Source: an uncultured virus (IMG/VR IMGVR_UViG_3300043436_000696) (lineage: Duplodnaviria > Heunggongvirae > Uroviricota > Caudoviricetes). From it: a stretch of DNA of 64,000 nt. Positions 28,370-38,101 of this stretch are shown piece after piece (the first letter of the stretch is position 1; each line of letters starts with the position of its first letter). The notes under the pieces are model-generated. The model was not told the DNA's origin. It was given only the letters and a program-made list of their open reading frames with translations, and did no database searches. The stretch is taken from IMG/VR virus record IMGVR_UViG_3300043436_000696. The stretch is one strand, 5' to 3'. The translations under genes and the position numbers were made by a program.

Positions 28370-29626
28370 TTGAAAAAGTTTATATTTGCTGTAATTTTAG
28401 TAGTATTACTACCATTGTATGCGTATAACCAAACTCTTATACAGACGTTCACGGACCCTTGTACTAAAGTTGTCAGTACGTTTAGCATTCCTATTACTGG
28501 TAGTACTGTTATTGTGTTTTATAATAAGTCTAGGACTTTTACTGCCGCTGATATATCTTCTGGTGCATTTCAGACTTGGCTTAATCAGGTATATGAAGAT
28601 TATCGTAGACTATCTCCCTGTTCTGTCGCTCAGACTGCACAAACTAGCACTCAAGTTACAGCCAATGCTGTGTCTGCTGCAGTAGGTGCTGCTGTAAGTT
28701 CAGCTACATCATCTGCTGCTTCAAGTGCAGCTTCTTCTGCCGCTTCTGCAGCTGCAGCATCTTCCGCTCCTCCACCTACTAGTAGCTCTGCCCCTAGTTC
28801 AAGCAATTCTCAAGGATCAAGCTCGGAGTCTAGTAGCAGCAGCTCTAGTAGTTCATCAGAATCTAAATCTGAATCTAAGAGTGAAAGTAGTTCTGAATCT
28901 AAATCAGAAGAAAAATCAGAGTCTAAGTCTGAATCTAAATCTGAAAAAAAGTCTGAGTCTAAAAAGGATTCTAAATCCTCTAACAAGTCTCAGGCTAAAA
29001 TGAATCCTATTTTATTTAATTCTGATCTCACTGCAGGTCAGAATGTTGACGCTAGTATAGCGTTGGTACTTAGCGGGGGAATATCTCAGTCTTCTATGAC
29101 TGGAGCTTCTTCTTGGGGTGTAAGTGCTATGGTATGGAGTAATCTAAAACAGTTTGTACTGTCTTCTAGATATACTAAAATGAATTTCAATGGAGGGAAG
29201 TTAGAGTCTATATCTAACTATGGTTTTACTACAGCTTATATGTTTGGAAACTTATCTAGTTTCTTGACATATGCTTATATCTACCCTATGGGTAAATGGG
29301 GTGTTACGGGTGCTAACTATACATTGGCTTTTAGTAAGGATAATGTAATGCACAATCTTCTACTCTTCTACACTAAGCCCTTTTCTATTAATAGAAGGCT
29401 AAATCTATCTCCTGAGCTTTATGTCTCAGGGAGTCCTGTTATGTATATGTTTGATACAAAGGACTTTGTTATATCCGAGGATATGGGTTTTATCACTGGT
29501 GTGTCCGGTGATTATTCTTTTACTAAACGTTTTAAATTAAACATAGGGTTGAGGACTAGTCTTTCAACTAATCCTCAGGTTCCTATGTTACTTTTTATGG
29601 TAGTAGGTTCTAAAATTAATCTTTAG
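28370..29626 (+). CDS. Outer-membrane beta-barrel-like protein with Ser/Ala- and ESKS-rich linker
   Basis: Signal peptide, small N-domain with two Cys, about 100-aa low-complexity linker, C-terminal amphipathic strands. Confidence 0.65.
   Translation: MKKFIFAVILVVLLPLYAYNQTLIQTFTDPCTKVVSTFSIPITGSTVIVFYNKSRTFTAADISSGAFQTWLNQVYEDYRRLSPCSVAQTAQTSTQVTANAVSAAVGAAVSSATSSAASSAASSAASAAAASSAPPPTSSSAPSSSNSQGSSSESSSSSSSSSSESKSESKSESSSESKSEEKSESKSESKSEKKSESKKDSKSSNKSQAKMNPILFNSDLTAGQNVDASIALVLSGGISQSSMTGASSWGVSAMVWSNLKQFVLSSRYTKMNFNGGKLESISNYGFTTAYMFGNLSSFLTYAYIYPMGKWGVTGANYTLAFSKDNVMHNLLLFYTKPFSINRRLNLSPELYVSGSPVMYMFDTKDFVISEDMGFITGVSGDYSFTKRFKLNIGLRTSLSTNPQVPMLLFMVVGSKINL
28672..28990 (+). repeat. Low-complexity coding repeat (SSAA and SESK units)
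   Basis: Degenerate tandem TCTGAATCTAAA-like units within the CDS. Confidence 0.7.
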
Positions 29627-31134
29627 TATTTACCTTTTGAATCTACATTAAATATTCTTGAACCATCAAACACTACTGCTTGACCAGCTTCAGAATACTT
29701 TTTCATAGTTTCTTTATTAAAGTGGTCAAATCTTGCTCCTTTAACGCCTATAAAGAAAGCTTTTTCTGAATAGCTATGACAGCTATCTTCAGCATCTGTA
29801 ATAACTAATGCATTATCAGGATGTCTCTTGATATGATCTACTACTACATTAATTGATGTTCCACCACTGGTTCCTAAGTTTGCTATTGAAAACAGATCAG
29901 TCTTAAGTTCTTTAACATTATTGTTAAATACATAGATCTTATTTAGCATACCTAAGTCTTGCATTTTAAGAGCAAATGCTTTACAGAAATCTAGCTTATC
30001 TATTCTTGTACCATCAACAGTTCCTACGCCACAACTGTCTGACATTGAACCAGATATATCAATATAGATATTAATTTTACCTATAGCTTTAGTATCCTTA
30101 ATCATAATGTCTTCAATCATGAACTTTCTTAGCTGTGGATGCAAGAACATATACTCATCTAATCCTGCTATATTATCAGAGTTAAATAAGTCTTCTTGAA
30201 TGGTTTCTTTCTTAGCAGAAAAGTAGTTCTTGGACTTATCCATTAACTTCTTAATTTTATCTTTAAGACTACCCATAGACATATTTATTCTTCTAATATC
30301 TGCAGCCACTTGATTTATATAATCAGGACTTAACTTGCCAGCATTTGTACCTTCTTTGATGTTATTAAACATATCATCTTGAAGGTCTTGTGGAATTGCA
30401 TCATCCATTGCTTTACAAGTATTTTGAGCATCTTGTATGGCGTCATCCATCATATTTTTAGATAATCTATTATCAAGCATCTTATTCATAAGATCATCAA
30501 TATTTTGATTACCAAACTCTGAATCACCATTAAGACCTTGCATCAACTCATTAGCTGCATTTGGATCTATATATTCCATCATAGTCATCTGCATAATGTA
30601 ATATTGCATTAGATTTCTAGTAAAGATTGCTGACTTAAGACTACTTGTCTCTGTCATAATCTTACCTACTGGATTATTAGAACGTTCTAAAAACTTATAC
30701 TGTGTATAGTTTTTATCTGTACGCTGTTCAAATTCTAGTTTATCCATCTTATGATAGAACATCTTAAAGATATCATTCTTTAAATGCGTTGGAAACTTTT
30801 TGTAAGTTTCTGACATCTTTTTTTGAAATGCTTGCCAGTCAGGCTTTTGATCATCTTGTAAGGCTATAAATCCTGCACTTTTTGCAAATCTTTGATAATA
30901 TTTATTAGTATTATTAGGATCATTTATATGACTATCAACCACTGTTTTTAGTCTACTTTCATCTATATAATGCATGTGAGGTTTAATAAGGTCACCTTTC
31001 TTATAGAAATTTAGCTTACCAAATAAACCTTCTGAGTCTTTATAGTGAGACTGTATCTCCCCTTTCTTTACTTTCTCTAGGATAGTATAAACATTTTTAT
31101 ACTGCTTTCCTGTACTAAGGCTTCTTAGTGCCAT
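29623..31134 (-). CDS. von Willebrand factor A (vWA) domain protein
   Basis: MIDAS DISGSM, GGT, VITDAED. Confidence 0.85.
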   Translation of the reverse strand: MALRSLSTGKQYKNVYTILEKVKKGEIQSHYKDSEGLFGKLNFYKKGDLIKPHMHYIDESRLKTVVDSHINDPNNTNKYYQRFAKSAGFIALQDDQKPDWQAFQKKMSETYKKFPTHLKNDIFKMFYHKMDKLEFEQRTDKNYTQYKFLERSNNPVGKIMTETSSLKSAIFTRNLMQYYIMQMTMMEYIDPNAANELMQGLNGDSEFGNQNIDDLMNKMLDNRLSKNMMDDAIQDAQNTCKAMDDAIPQDLQDDMFNNIKEGTNAGKLSPDYINQVAADIRRINMSMGSLKDKIKKLMDKSKNYFSAKKETIQEDLFNSDNIAGLDEYMFLHPQLRKFMIEDIMIKDTKAIGKINIYIDISGSMSDSCGVGTVDGTRIDKLDFCKAFALKMQDLGMLNKIYVFNNNVKELKTDLFSIANLGTSGGTSINVVVDHIKRHPDNALVITDAEDSCHSYSEKAFFIGVKGARFDHFNKETMKKYSEAGQAVVFDGSRIFNVDSKGKY

Positions 31135-31160
31135 TTTATTTTTATTTAAGAGTTATAAAT

Positions 31161-31191
31161 AAACTCCCCGATAGTATTCTATCAGGGAGCT
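31161..31191 (-). terminator. Hairpin between MoxR and vWA genes
   Basis: CTCCCCGATAG-tatt-CTATCAGGGAG imperfect stem. Confidence 0.5.
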
Positions 31192-31207
31192 ATTATAATT
31201 TTATAAC

Positions 31208-32374
31208 TTAGAAAGGATTACTTGCTGAAATTGTAGAAGTAATCATAGCATCATTTACTATAGTTACTTGTTCTTGTTCAGCCATTATAGATTCAAAGTC
31301 TTCAGTTACTTGAGTTTCTCTAGCTGGATGATTCTGTAGAATATATTGCATTGATAATTCAATTTCTTCTACTTGACCTTCATCCATAATACCACGAGAA
31401 GTATAAGTATTAATTAATCCTTCAATCTCAGCAATAGCTAGTTCTAACTGCTCATTAGAGCTATGAGAATGTAACATCTCTACCTTAGACATAACCGCCT
31501 TGATTTCTGGACTCATCAACTTATTCTGTAATTCTGAACCTGCAGACTGTGAAATCATAATCTGAGCTGTTTTTACAAGAGCCTTATCAAGGCTGATATC
31601 CCAGATATAACTAACTGCTTTTGTCAAACTAGGTACAAAAGTTAAGGTACGATCTGAGCTATGCTGATAACCTACTTCTAAATACTTTTCTAATTTATTT
31701 GGTGGTACTTCTAAACCATCAATTTCTTGCTTGTTAGGTACACCAATAGAAAACTTCTCTCTATAATTACGAGCACCTTTGCTAAAATATTTAGCTAATT
31801 CACCTGCAGATACACGGTTAACGGTCATCTTTAACATGAAACGGTCCCAGAATGGAGATCCAATTTCATCTTTAGGAATTTCATTACATGTAGCTACAAA
31901 TAACTTCCACTTACATGGAATCTTGTGCTTACCGTTAAATAAGAACTTCTCGTTCATTACACCTAACATTGCATTTCTGATACCAGAGCTAGCTTTGTCA
32001 ACCTCGTTAATGATAACTATCTCTGCATCTGCAATTGGTGTATTAAGTTCATACTTATTGTCTGTAAATAACTTACCTAAGTCAGGCATACCTTTAATCT
32101 CTGATGCTTTAGTACCTTCGTCTGTCTCCAAGATATAGATCTTGTTGGCAAAGTCTTCTGGTGTCATGTTACCATCTCTATTTAACCATGCTTTAGCATA
32201 GTCAATAATAGTTTTGGTTTTAGCTACTCCCGGTTGACCTACAAGAAGACATGGTAATCCTGTAGATTCTGCTAACGCTAGCATTTTAAACACTTCTTCT
32301 TTATTAATTAAAGAGGTGTCAATTGTTCTTACTTCCTGAGTAGATTTCTTTGTAATAGATTTTACTTTAGACAT
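31208..32374 (-). CDS. MoxR/RavA-like AAA+ ATPase (frame open upstream to 32803)
   Basis: GQPGVAKT Walker A, IINEVDKA, RNAML..MNE, ATCN, FWDRF. A-rich leader before MSKVKS. Confidence 0.85.
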   Translation of the reverse strand: MSKVKSITKKSTQEVRTIDTSLINKEEVFKMLALAESTGLPCLLVGQPGVAKTKTIIDYAKAWLNRDGNMTPEDFANKIYILETDEGTKASEIKGMPDLGKLFTDNKYELNTPIADAEIVIINEVDKASSGIRNAMLGVMNEKFLFNGKHKIPCKWKLFVATCNEIPKDEIGSPFWDRFMLKMTVNRVSAGELAKYFSKGARNYREKFSIGVPNKQEIDGLEVPPNKLEKYLEVGYQHSSDRTLTFVPSLTKAVSYIWDISLDKALVKTAQIMISQSAGSELQNKLMSPEIKAVMSKVEMLHSHSSNEQLELAIAEIEGLINTYTSRGIMDEGQVEEIELSMQYILQNHPARETQVTEDFESIMAEQEQVTIVNDAMITSTISASNPF

Positions 32375-32576
32375 GTTATTTTGTTTGTATTTAAATGATT
32401 GTTGAGCATTTGTATTAATGCTAGTATTTATTGATGGAGTAGGTCTAGTATAAGCTCTAACCCAACGTTTTACGCCTGAATGTGTAGGTTTTACTTCCCA
32501 TGTATTACCATCGTTACCTATCATTTGACGTCCTACAGGAAACTGTGTAGCACTCATAGTAGGACTAGGTCTTAGA

Positions 32577-33002
32577 TTAGAGACTGGCAAAGGCTGAGAG
32601 CTCTGAGTCTGTTGTTGCATAGACTTCCGCTGTTCTTGTTGTAACATTTGTGTCACTGTCTGTAGGTAAGCTTGCTTCTCTTTGCTCCCCATTATTAAAT
32701 CCTTGCTCAATCTTAGGTAAGCTTCCCATATTGAGTGCATCTGAAGAGTTGTTAACTCCACTGGTGATTGTTCCTGCATTAGTTTGCTCTTTAGTGTCAT
32801 CAATGATTGTAAATACTGTTACGCTTGTCTCAGCATCTTTTAATGCCGGATGCTTTCTGATGGTCATAATCTGAACATCTTTTGCATTATACTTTTCTTG
32901 GATAGAACCATAACCTAAGTCATCTTTCTTTAACCAAGTTAGACCGTTGTTTAGGTCTTCTAAAATTTGGCTCACGTAGAGCTCAACTTTGTTTACTGCC
33001 AT
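32577..33002 (-). CDS. Hypothetical protein
   Basis: 141-aa ORF; its 3' half overlaps the MoxR upstream frame. Confidence 0.65.
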   Translation of the reverse strand: MAVNKVELYVSQILEDLNNGLTWLKKDDLGYGSIQEKYNAKDVQIMTIRKHPALKDAETSVTVFTIIDDTKEQTNAGTITSGVNNSSDALNMGSLPKIEQGFNNGEQREASLPTDSDTNVTTRTAEVYATTDSELSAFASL

Positions 33003-33026
33003 AAATTTGAGTTTATAAATAATTGA

Positions 33027-33743
33027 TTACCAATTGATTGTGAATTCTGGACCATTGTTTTTAGCAATAATCTCATTTACTTTATTAAAGACATCATTAC
33101 AATCCCATACTGTTTTTGTATAAGCTGCTGATGCCGGATGACTAGCTTTTAATATATAGTGATTAGGTCCTATTAAACTTTCTAGTTCTTGTGCAGGCTT
33201 ACCTAATAATACAAAGATTAAACCGCTGTCTGTAAAGTTTAGTATGTCTAATACATACATTAAAAACTCGTTCCATATATCATAGTGAGATCCAACCTTA
33301 TCAATTTCACAAGTAAGTGCTTTATTTATTAATAGCACACCTTGGTTAGCCCATCTTGTTAGATTAGGATCTTGATGAGTTGGAAACTCTTGATATACAG
33401 TTTGTTCTATAGCCTCAAACATGTTTCGTAGACTTGGTTGAGGTTTATCTGTGTTACCACATGAAAAAGCTAACCCGTCTGCTACACCTAGCTGAGGATA
33501 AGGATCTTGTCCTATTATAATTACACGTAGTTTATCTACGGGGCATTCTTCAAATGCTCTGAACACTTGCTTAAGAGGCGGGGTAAATCTTTTACCATCT
33601 TCTCTTAAGTTATATAGTTTTTGTAGAATAGTATCAAAATCAGATGATTGTATAAAACTTTTAAGTTTTGTAGACCATCCTGATGGCTTAAGCTTTTCTA
33701 TCAACTTGCATTTTATATCCGCAAGATCTACTGTTTGTATCAT
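33027..33743 (-). CDS. ung: Uracil-DNA glycosylase (family 1)
   Basis: GQDPYP, GLAFS, PSLRN, WANQGVLLIN, SHPAS. Confidence 0.95.
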   Translation of the reverse strand: MIQTVDLADIKCKLIEKLKPSGWSTKLKSFIQSSDFDTILQKLYNLREDGKRFTPPLKQVFRAFEECPVDKLRVIIIGQDPYPQLGVADGLAFSCGNTDKPQPSLRNMFEAIEQTVYQEFPTHQDPNLTRWANQGVLLINKALTCEIDKVGSHYDIWNEFLMYVLDILNFTDSGLIFVLLGKPAQELESLIGPNHYILKASHPASAAYTKTVWDCNDVFNKVNEIIAKNNGPEFTINW

Positions 33744-33775
33744 AAATTTGATTAAATTTGTATAAATAACTAGTT

Positions 33776-34075
33776 ATGGCTAATACGTATACAGCAATTA
33801 AAAGAGATAGTACTTTTCCTATTGAGGTAGGTGGTAACACTCTTATCAATCTTCAAAAGCTTCTATTATATATTTTAGAAGGGAAAACAGAAGAACAGAT
33901 TCTTAAAGCACAAGAGCTTATTATGAAAAATCAGTATCCTGAAGAATGGATTGAACATTTTGCTTTCTTATCTTTTTTTGTAAGACACTTAGAAGTAGTT
34001 GCTCAAACTAAAGGATTAACTGTTCAAGAAGATCTTGATAAATCTACATCAACGGGTGATTTACCTCTTGACTAA
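33776..34075 (+). CDS. Hypothetical protein (lone plus-strand gene)
   Basis: 99-aa ORF with its own TAAATTTG box at 33753-33760. Confidence 0.7.
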   Translation: MANTYTAIKRDSTFPIEVGGNTLINLQKLLLYILEGKTEEQILKAQELIMKNQYPEEWIEHFAFLSFFVRHLEVVAQTKGLTVQEDLDKSTSTGDLPLD

Positions 34076-34445
34076 TTTCTATTGCTGCTTGTATAGCTAG
34101 GGATAATTCTTCTTTAGAACATTCTGCAAAGCTTTTTGCTAAGAAGTATTCCTTACCGGCTACTTCTCTAGCTATGCATAGTCCAGCTCTATCTTTTACT
34201 AGTATCTTCATATTCTCTACAGTCTCACCAATATGTGTTGCTAATTGTTTTAGCATTACATGTAGCTTAGCAAGCTGTGGAAGAGTACCATCATCATGAG
34301 TAACTTCATAGAAGAATTCTACTATACTATTTTCAGGTACATTTGATACAAATAATTCAAATTGTTTTGATGAGGCAAGACTACTGAAATCTAAACGTCC
34401 ACCTTTTTTTATAAACTTACCTGTTAAGTGATTACTCATAGTCAT
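34044..34445 (-). CDS. Hypothetical protein (NinB-like possible)
   Basis: T.PQLAKLH...G.T...MK...KSFA.CSKEELS pattern. Confidence 0.6.
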   Translation of the reverse strand: MTMSNHLTGKFIKKGGRLDFSSLASSKQFELFVSNVPENSIVEFFYEVTHDDGTLPQLAKLHVMLKQLATHIGETVENMKILVKDRAGLCIAREVAGKEYFLAKSFAECSKEELSLAIQAAIEISQEVNHPLM

Positions 34446-35538
34446 CTACATTTACATCAAAGTATTTAATTTTTCTAGGATCTAAATCTTTAAGAGCTTC
34501 ACCAACCCAACGTTCATCAGCTGTACCACTATAACATAGTATATGTATATAAGCTGTTTCTGTTGGATTAAGTCTTAACAATCTACCAATTCTCTGACTA
34601 GACTTTCTTTCATTACCGTATGCATGCATGATTATTCCAGCTTTTAGATCTGGTATATTAATACCTTCGTTAAGCTGCATTACACATGATAGTTCATGAA
34701 TGTTCCCATCTTTAAACTGTTGTAGATTATCTTCTGACTCTGGATTATTAGAATGATATGAATATGTACAGATTCTATCTGCTTGATCTTGTGTATTACA
34801 AAATACAATACATTTATCTTCTATATCACCTAATAACTTCATAGTGTACTCTTCTTTAGTTCTAAAATCCATTAAGGCCCTCATTCTCATTACAGATGCA
34901 ATTTGCTCCTGCTTCTTAGATTGAGCATCCATTATTCTTTTAGTCCAATAATCATAGTTTTTCTTCTCTGATGTATAGAACTGTTTATCTTTTAGTTGTA
35001 CAAGCATGTTGTTACGTGTAGATATTGGCATCTTATGTACTATAATTCTATAGTCATTAAGAATATCATCATCTACTGCGTCATCTGTAATATACTTGTA
35101 TAGTATAGGACAATATGTGTTTACCATCTGACCCTTTTCTGATTTTGTATATCTTGGGGGTGTGCCAGTGAGTCCTAATATTCTACCTGTAAAGTTAGCT
35201 AGAAATATTTCATGAGAGTCTAGTAAACTATGACACTCATCTAACACAACTACATCGTAGTTATTTGGATTAAACTTATTTATTGATAAGTAAGTTGTAA
35301 ACTCCATATTATCATGACTAATACCAAACTTATCTCCATCATCTTTCCAGCTTTCAAATATAGAAAGCTTAGGGGCTACTACTAGCACCCTAAGACTTGG
35401 ATTTAATTCTCTAAAATGTTGTATATACTTTAAGCCTATGAGTGTCTTTCCAACACCCATAGATATTCCTAAACCACAACGTTTGTGTTTAACAGCCATA
35501 TCTAAGGCTTCTTGTTGGACTTCTTCTCTTTTAGACAT
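34432..35538 (-). CDS. Superfamily 2 helicase
   Basis: MGVGKT, DECH, GLTGT, EGINIP, QRIGRLLR. Confidence 0.9.
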   Translation of the reverse strand: MSKREEVQQEALDMAVKHKRCGLGISMGVGKTLIGLKYIQHFRELNPSLRVLVVAPKLSIFESWKDDGDKFGISHDNMEFTTYLSINKFNPNNYDVVVLDECHSLLDSHEIFLANFTGRILGLTGTPPRYTKSEKGQMVNTYCPILYKYITDDAVDDDILNDYRIIVHKMPISTRNNMLVQLKDKQFYTSEKKNYDYWTKRIMDAQSKKQEQIASVMRMRALMDFRTKEEYTMKLLGDIEDKCIVFCNTQDQADRICTYSYHSNNPESEDNLQQFKDGNIHELSCVMQLNEGINIPDLKAGIIMHAYGNERKSSQRIGRLLRLNPTETAYIHILCYSGTADERWVGEALKDLDPRKIKYFDVNVDDYE

Positions 35539-35852
35539 TATAAAGTAGTTTGTTGTTTTTCTAACTCGTCTTTAAACGCTTTAGCTTGGTAATAAGTATC
35601 TATATTCTGATAAGCTTGATAAATAATTCTTAAATTATCCATTACTTGATTATCAGCATATCTGATTACATCATGTAAATTATTTTTCATAAAAGCTTGA
35701 ACAAAACTTCCACCATGATCAATAATCTTATCTCTATGTAATAAGATATTAATGATTATAAACTGTACATGATCTGAGATCGTGTACTGATTTCTTGCAG
35801 CCCAATCAATTACTAGATGAGCATACGTTTCTTTTAATTTATCAAATGTCAT
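35538..35852 (-). CDS. Hypothetical protein
   Basis: GGSFVQA...N.L...I.YAD motif. Confidence 0.65.
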   Translation of the reverse strand: MTFDKLKETYAHLVIDWAARNQYTISDHVQFIIINILLHRDKIIDHGGSFVQAFMKNNLHDVIRYADNQVMDNLRIIYQAYQNIDTYYQAKAFKDELEKQQTTL

Positions 35853-35854
35853 AT

Positions 35855-36265
35855 TTAATTATTTAAACGTGATTCAGATAGTCCTAATTCTTTGGCTTCA
35901 TTTGGATTTTCTTCAATCCAACGGTGGCATGATCTGCACACTGGAAGCCAAGTACTGACTTTTAAATGGTTTTCTCCTCTACCAGCTTTATGATGAACAT
36001 CTGTAGCAGCTGTGCTACAACCTACTAATCCTGCTTTACATGTAGGATTAGCTATCATATATAAGTTTCTAAGTTTAGAGTACTCATCTATGGTTTCTTT
36101 CATTTTCTTACTGATAGGATTTGGTCTTTTTGTAGGTTTAGGCATACCTTTTGGAGGCTGGTGTTGATACCAGCACTCCTTGCAGTATTTATCTTTACCT
36201 TCAGATTTCCAAATGTGCTTTGGTTGATTACAACCAGAGCAATTCTTAAGCTTTACTTGAATCAT
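35855..36265 (-). CDS. Zinc-finger / HNH-like nuclease
   Basis: CSGC...CKEC, DVHHKAGR...VCRSCHRWI. Start adjusted to MIQVK. Confidence 0.7.
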   Translation of the reverse strand: MIQVKLKNCSGCNQPKHIWKSEGKDKYCKECWYQHQPPKGMPKPTKRPNPISKKMKETIDEYSKLRNLYMIANPTCKAGLVGCSTAATDVHHKAGRGENHLKVSTWLPVCRSCHRWIEENPNEAKELGLSESRLNN

Positions 36266-36455
36266 CTGATGATGTTTTTCTTTTGATGATAACGCCATCT
36301 TGTATAGATTGTCCAATAACACCTACAGGCTGGCTCACTGTAATTAGTTCAACAGGACCATTGCTTAATAATTTATTAAGTAATAATCTATCTAATTCGT
36401 TATCAGGAACTAAAACTAACTGGACATCATTATCCGTTATGAATATATTTTGCAT
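36246..36455 (-). CDS. Hypothetical protein
   Basis: Start adjusted to MQNIF. Confidence 0.55.
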   Translation of the reverse strand: MQNIFITDNDVQLVLVPDNELDRLLLNKLLSNGPVELITVSQPVGVIGQSIQDGVIIKRKTSSDDSSKA

Positions 36456-36459
36456 AATC

Positions 36460-36981
36460 TTAACTAAGTTTAAAAAATTCTTTTGGTAGTAAATTAACTT
36501 CAACAAGCTTTTTGGCTATCATTTCTTTAGAAATACCTAACTCTTTAAATGAATGCTTATCTTTTATAGAATCGTCTGATCCTTTAATTGTAATCATATG
36601 TTTAATAACATTAGACTTAGGAAATAGCTTTATTAAAAAGTTATCTACTCTTCTATTAGCTATTTCTTGTTTCCATGCATTTAAAAATCTTTGTACTTTA
36701 TTGAAATGAGTCATTATTGCTGACTTTTTAGTAGCCGGCATTTTCTCTAACTCCTGTTTGGTGAATACACTTAATCCATATACAGCTTCTGAATAAACTT
36801 TGTGCTGGGCTAGATTAAATACAGGTGGTTCAAATTGTTGATACTTAGCAGTTCCATGTAATTGGACTTGCTTTACATACTGGTTTTCATAAGGTATAAA
36901 CTTATGTTTGTTGTTTTCTTGAAAGGAAATAACTATTCCCTTTAAGTTAGCAGATGCTGTTTTACTTGTGTTGTGATACAT
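36460..36981 (-). CDS. Hypothetical protein
   Basis: 173-aa ORF. Confidence 0.7.
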   Translation of the reverse strand: MYHNTSKTASANLKGIVISFQENNKHKFIPYENQYVKQVQLHGTAKYQQFEPPVFNLAQHKVYSEAVYGLSVFTKQELEKMPATKKSAIMTHFNKVQRFLNAWKQEIANRRVDNFLIKLFPKSNVIKHMITIKGSDDSIKDKHSFKELGISKEMIAKKLVEVNLLPKEFFKLS

Positions 36982-37015
36982 GTGGGATGATTTTTGTAAA
37001 TTTACTAAATATATA

Positions 37016-37047
37016 AGAAAGGACCTAGATTTCTCTAGATCCTTTCT
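37016..37047 (-). terminator. Terminator hairpin
   Basis: AGAAAGGA.CTAGA...TCTAG.TCCTTTCT inverted repeat after 37055..37516. Confidence 0.6.
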
Positions 37048-37054
37048 ATTATTT

Positions 37055-37516
37055 TTATAATTCAGGTGCTACTTCAGTCTTAGGCTTTAATAAGCTTTTT
37101 TGAACTTCAGCAACCTGTCTGATTTCTTCTATATTGTTATGAGTAATGAACTCATCTTGAGCTTGGTCATTTACTGTATAAACACTTTGTCTATAAATTG
37201 GTTGGTCATCTACTCTACAGATAACACCTGTGTCACCTGCAATCTTTAGATCACGATCAGGATTCTCAGGATTAAATGGATTAAATGATTCTACAACTAC
37301 AATCTTACCTGGCAATTCTTGACCATTTGTAAACTTAGCTTCTAAAAGATCAGCTACTTTACCTTTGATTAATGTAGAACGCTTTACGTTTCTTAACCAA
37401 CCATTTGTGATTTGTGTAGTAACTTGTTCAACTCGGATATAACCAAACTCTGGGTTATTGTCTGAGATGTTAACGATGTTACCGTTTCTGTCTGCTGTTA
37501 CTGTTACTTTGCTCAT
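37055..37516 (-). CDS. Conserved hypothetical protein (beta-rich, possibly nucleic-acid binding)
   Basis: 153-aa ORF with A-rich leader and downstream hairpin. Confidence 0.7.
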   Translation of the reverse strand: MSKVTVTADRNGNIVNISDNNPEFGYIRVEQVTTQITNGWLRNVKRSTLIKGKVADLLEAKFTNGQELPGKIVVVESFNPFNPENPDRDLKIAGDTGVICRVDDQPIYRQSVYTVNDQAQDEFITHNNIEEIRQVAEVQKSLLKPKTEVAPEL

Positions 37517-37583
37517 TTTGTATTTTGTTTAAAATAAAAAGCCCCAAGACTTTTGGTCCCAGGGCTCGTTTAAAATTGTTTAA

Positions 37584-37844
37584 TTAATCCTCTTCTATCT
37601 GGATGTCCAGATCAGGATTAACAAGTCTTTCTGATATAGGTATATCGGTTAAGTCAGGAATAGCATCAGTAATATCTTCTTTAAGGGAATTATCTGATTT
37701 ACTTATTACTGATCCAAACCATGGGTCTTCAACGACCTCTCCATAGTTATAAGCTATCAAATATTCAAACTCTTCATCTGACATTTCAATGTATTGCTCT
37801 GTACTTATCTCTATTACCTTTCCATTTGGTAATTGATAAAGCAT
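37584..37844 (-). CDS. Acidic hypothetical protein
   Basis: MLYQLPNGKVIEIS...; followed by a hairpin at about 37537-37566. Confidence 0.7.
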   Translation of the reverse strand: MLYQLPNGKVIEISTEQYIEMSDEEFEYLIAYNYGEVVEDPWFGSVISKSDNSLKEDITDAIPDLTDIPISERLVNPDLDIQIEED

Positions 37845-37936
37845 AGCTGTAGTTTATTTATATAAAGCTACCTACTATATCTTAATTTACAAACGGTTGA
37901 TTAGTAATATGTTGGATAATAGAGCTATAACATCTT

Positions 37937-38101
37937 TTAGTCTTCCTTCTTTTTTAGATTATGCATCTTTCTTTTCCAATAAGCATTGGTCTTATTGATA
38001 TCTTCTTGTCTTTTTAAAAGTTCTCTTTCTAAGACAGCTACATGCTGTTCAAGTTCTCTTACTCTTGTTGATTTAAATAAGTCTTTAATCCATTTTATCA
38101 T
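37937..38101 (-). CDS. Small coiled-coil protein (54 aa)
   Basis: Hand-translated MIKWIKDLFKSTRVRELEQ...KKKED. Confidence 0.6.
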   Translation of the reverse strand: MIKWIKDLFKSTRVRELEQHVAVLERELLKRQEDINKTNAYWKRKMHNLKKKED

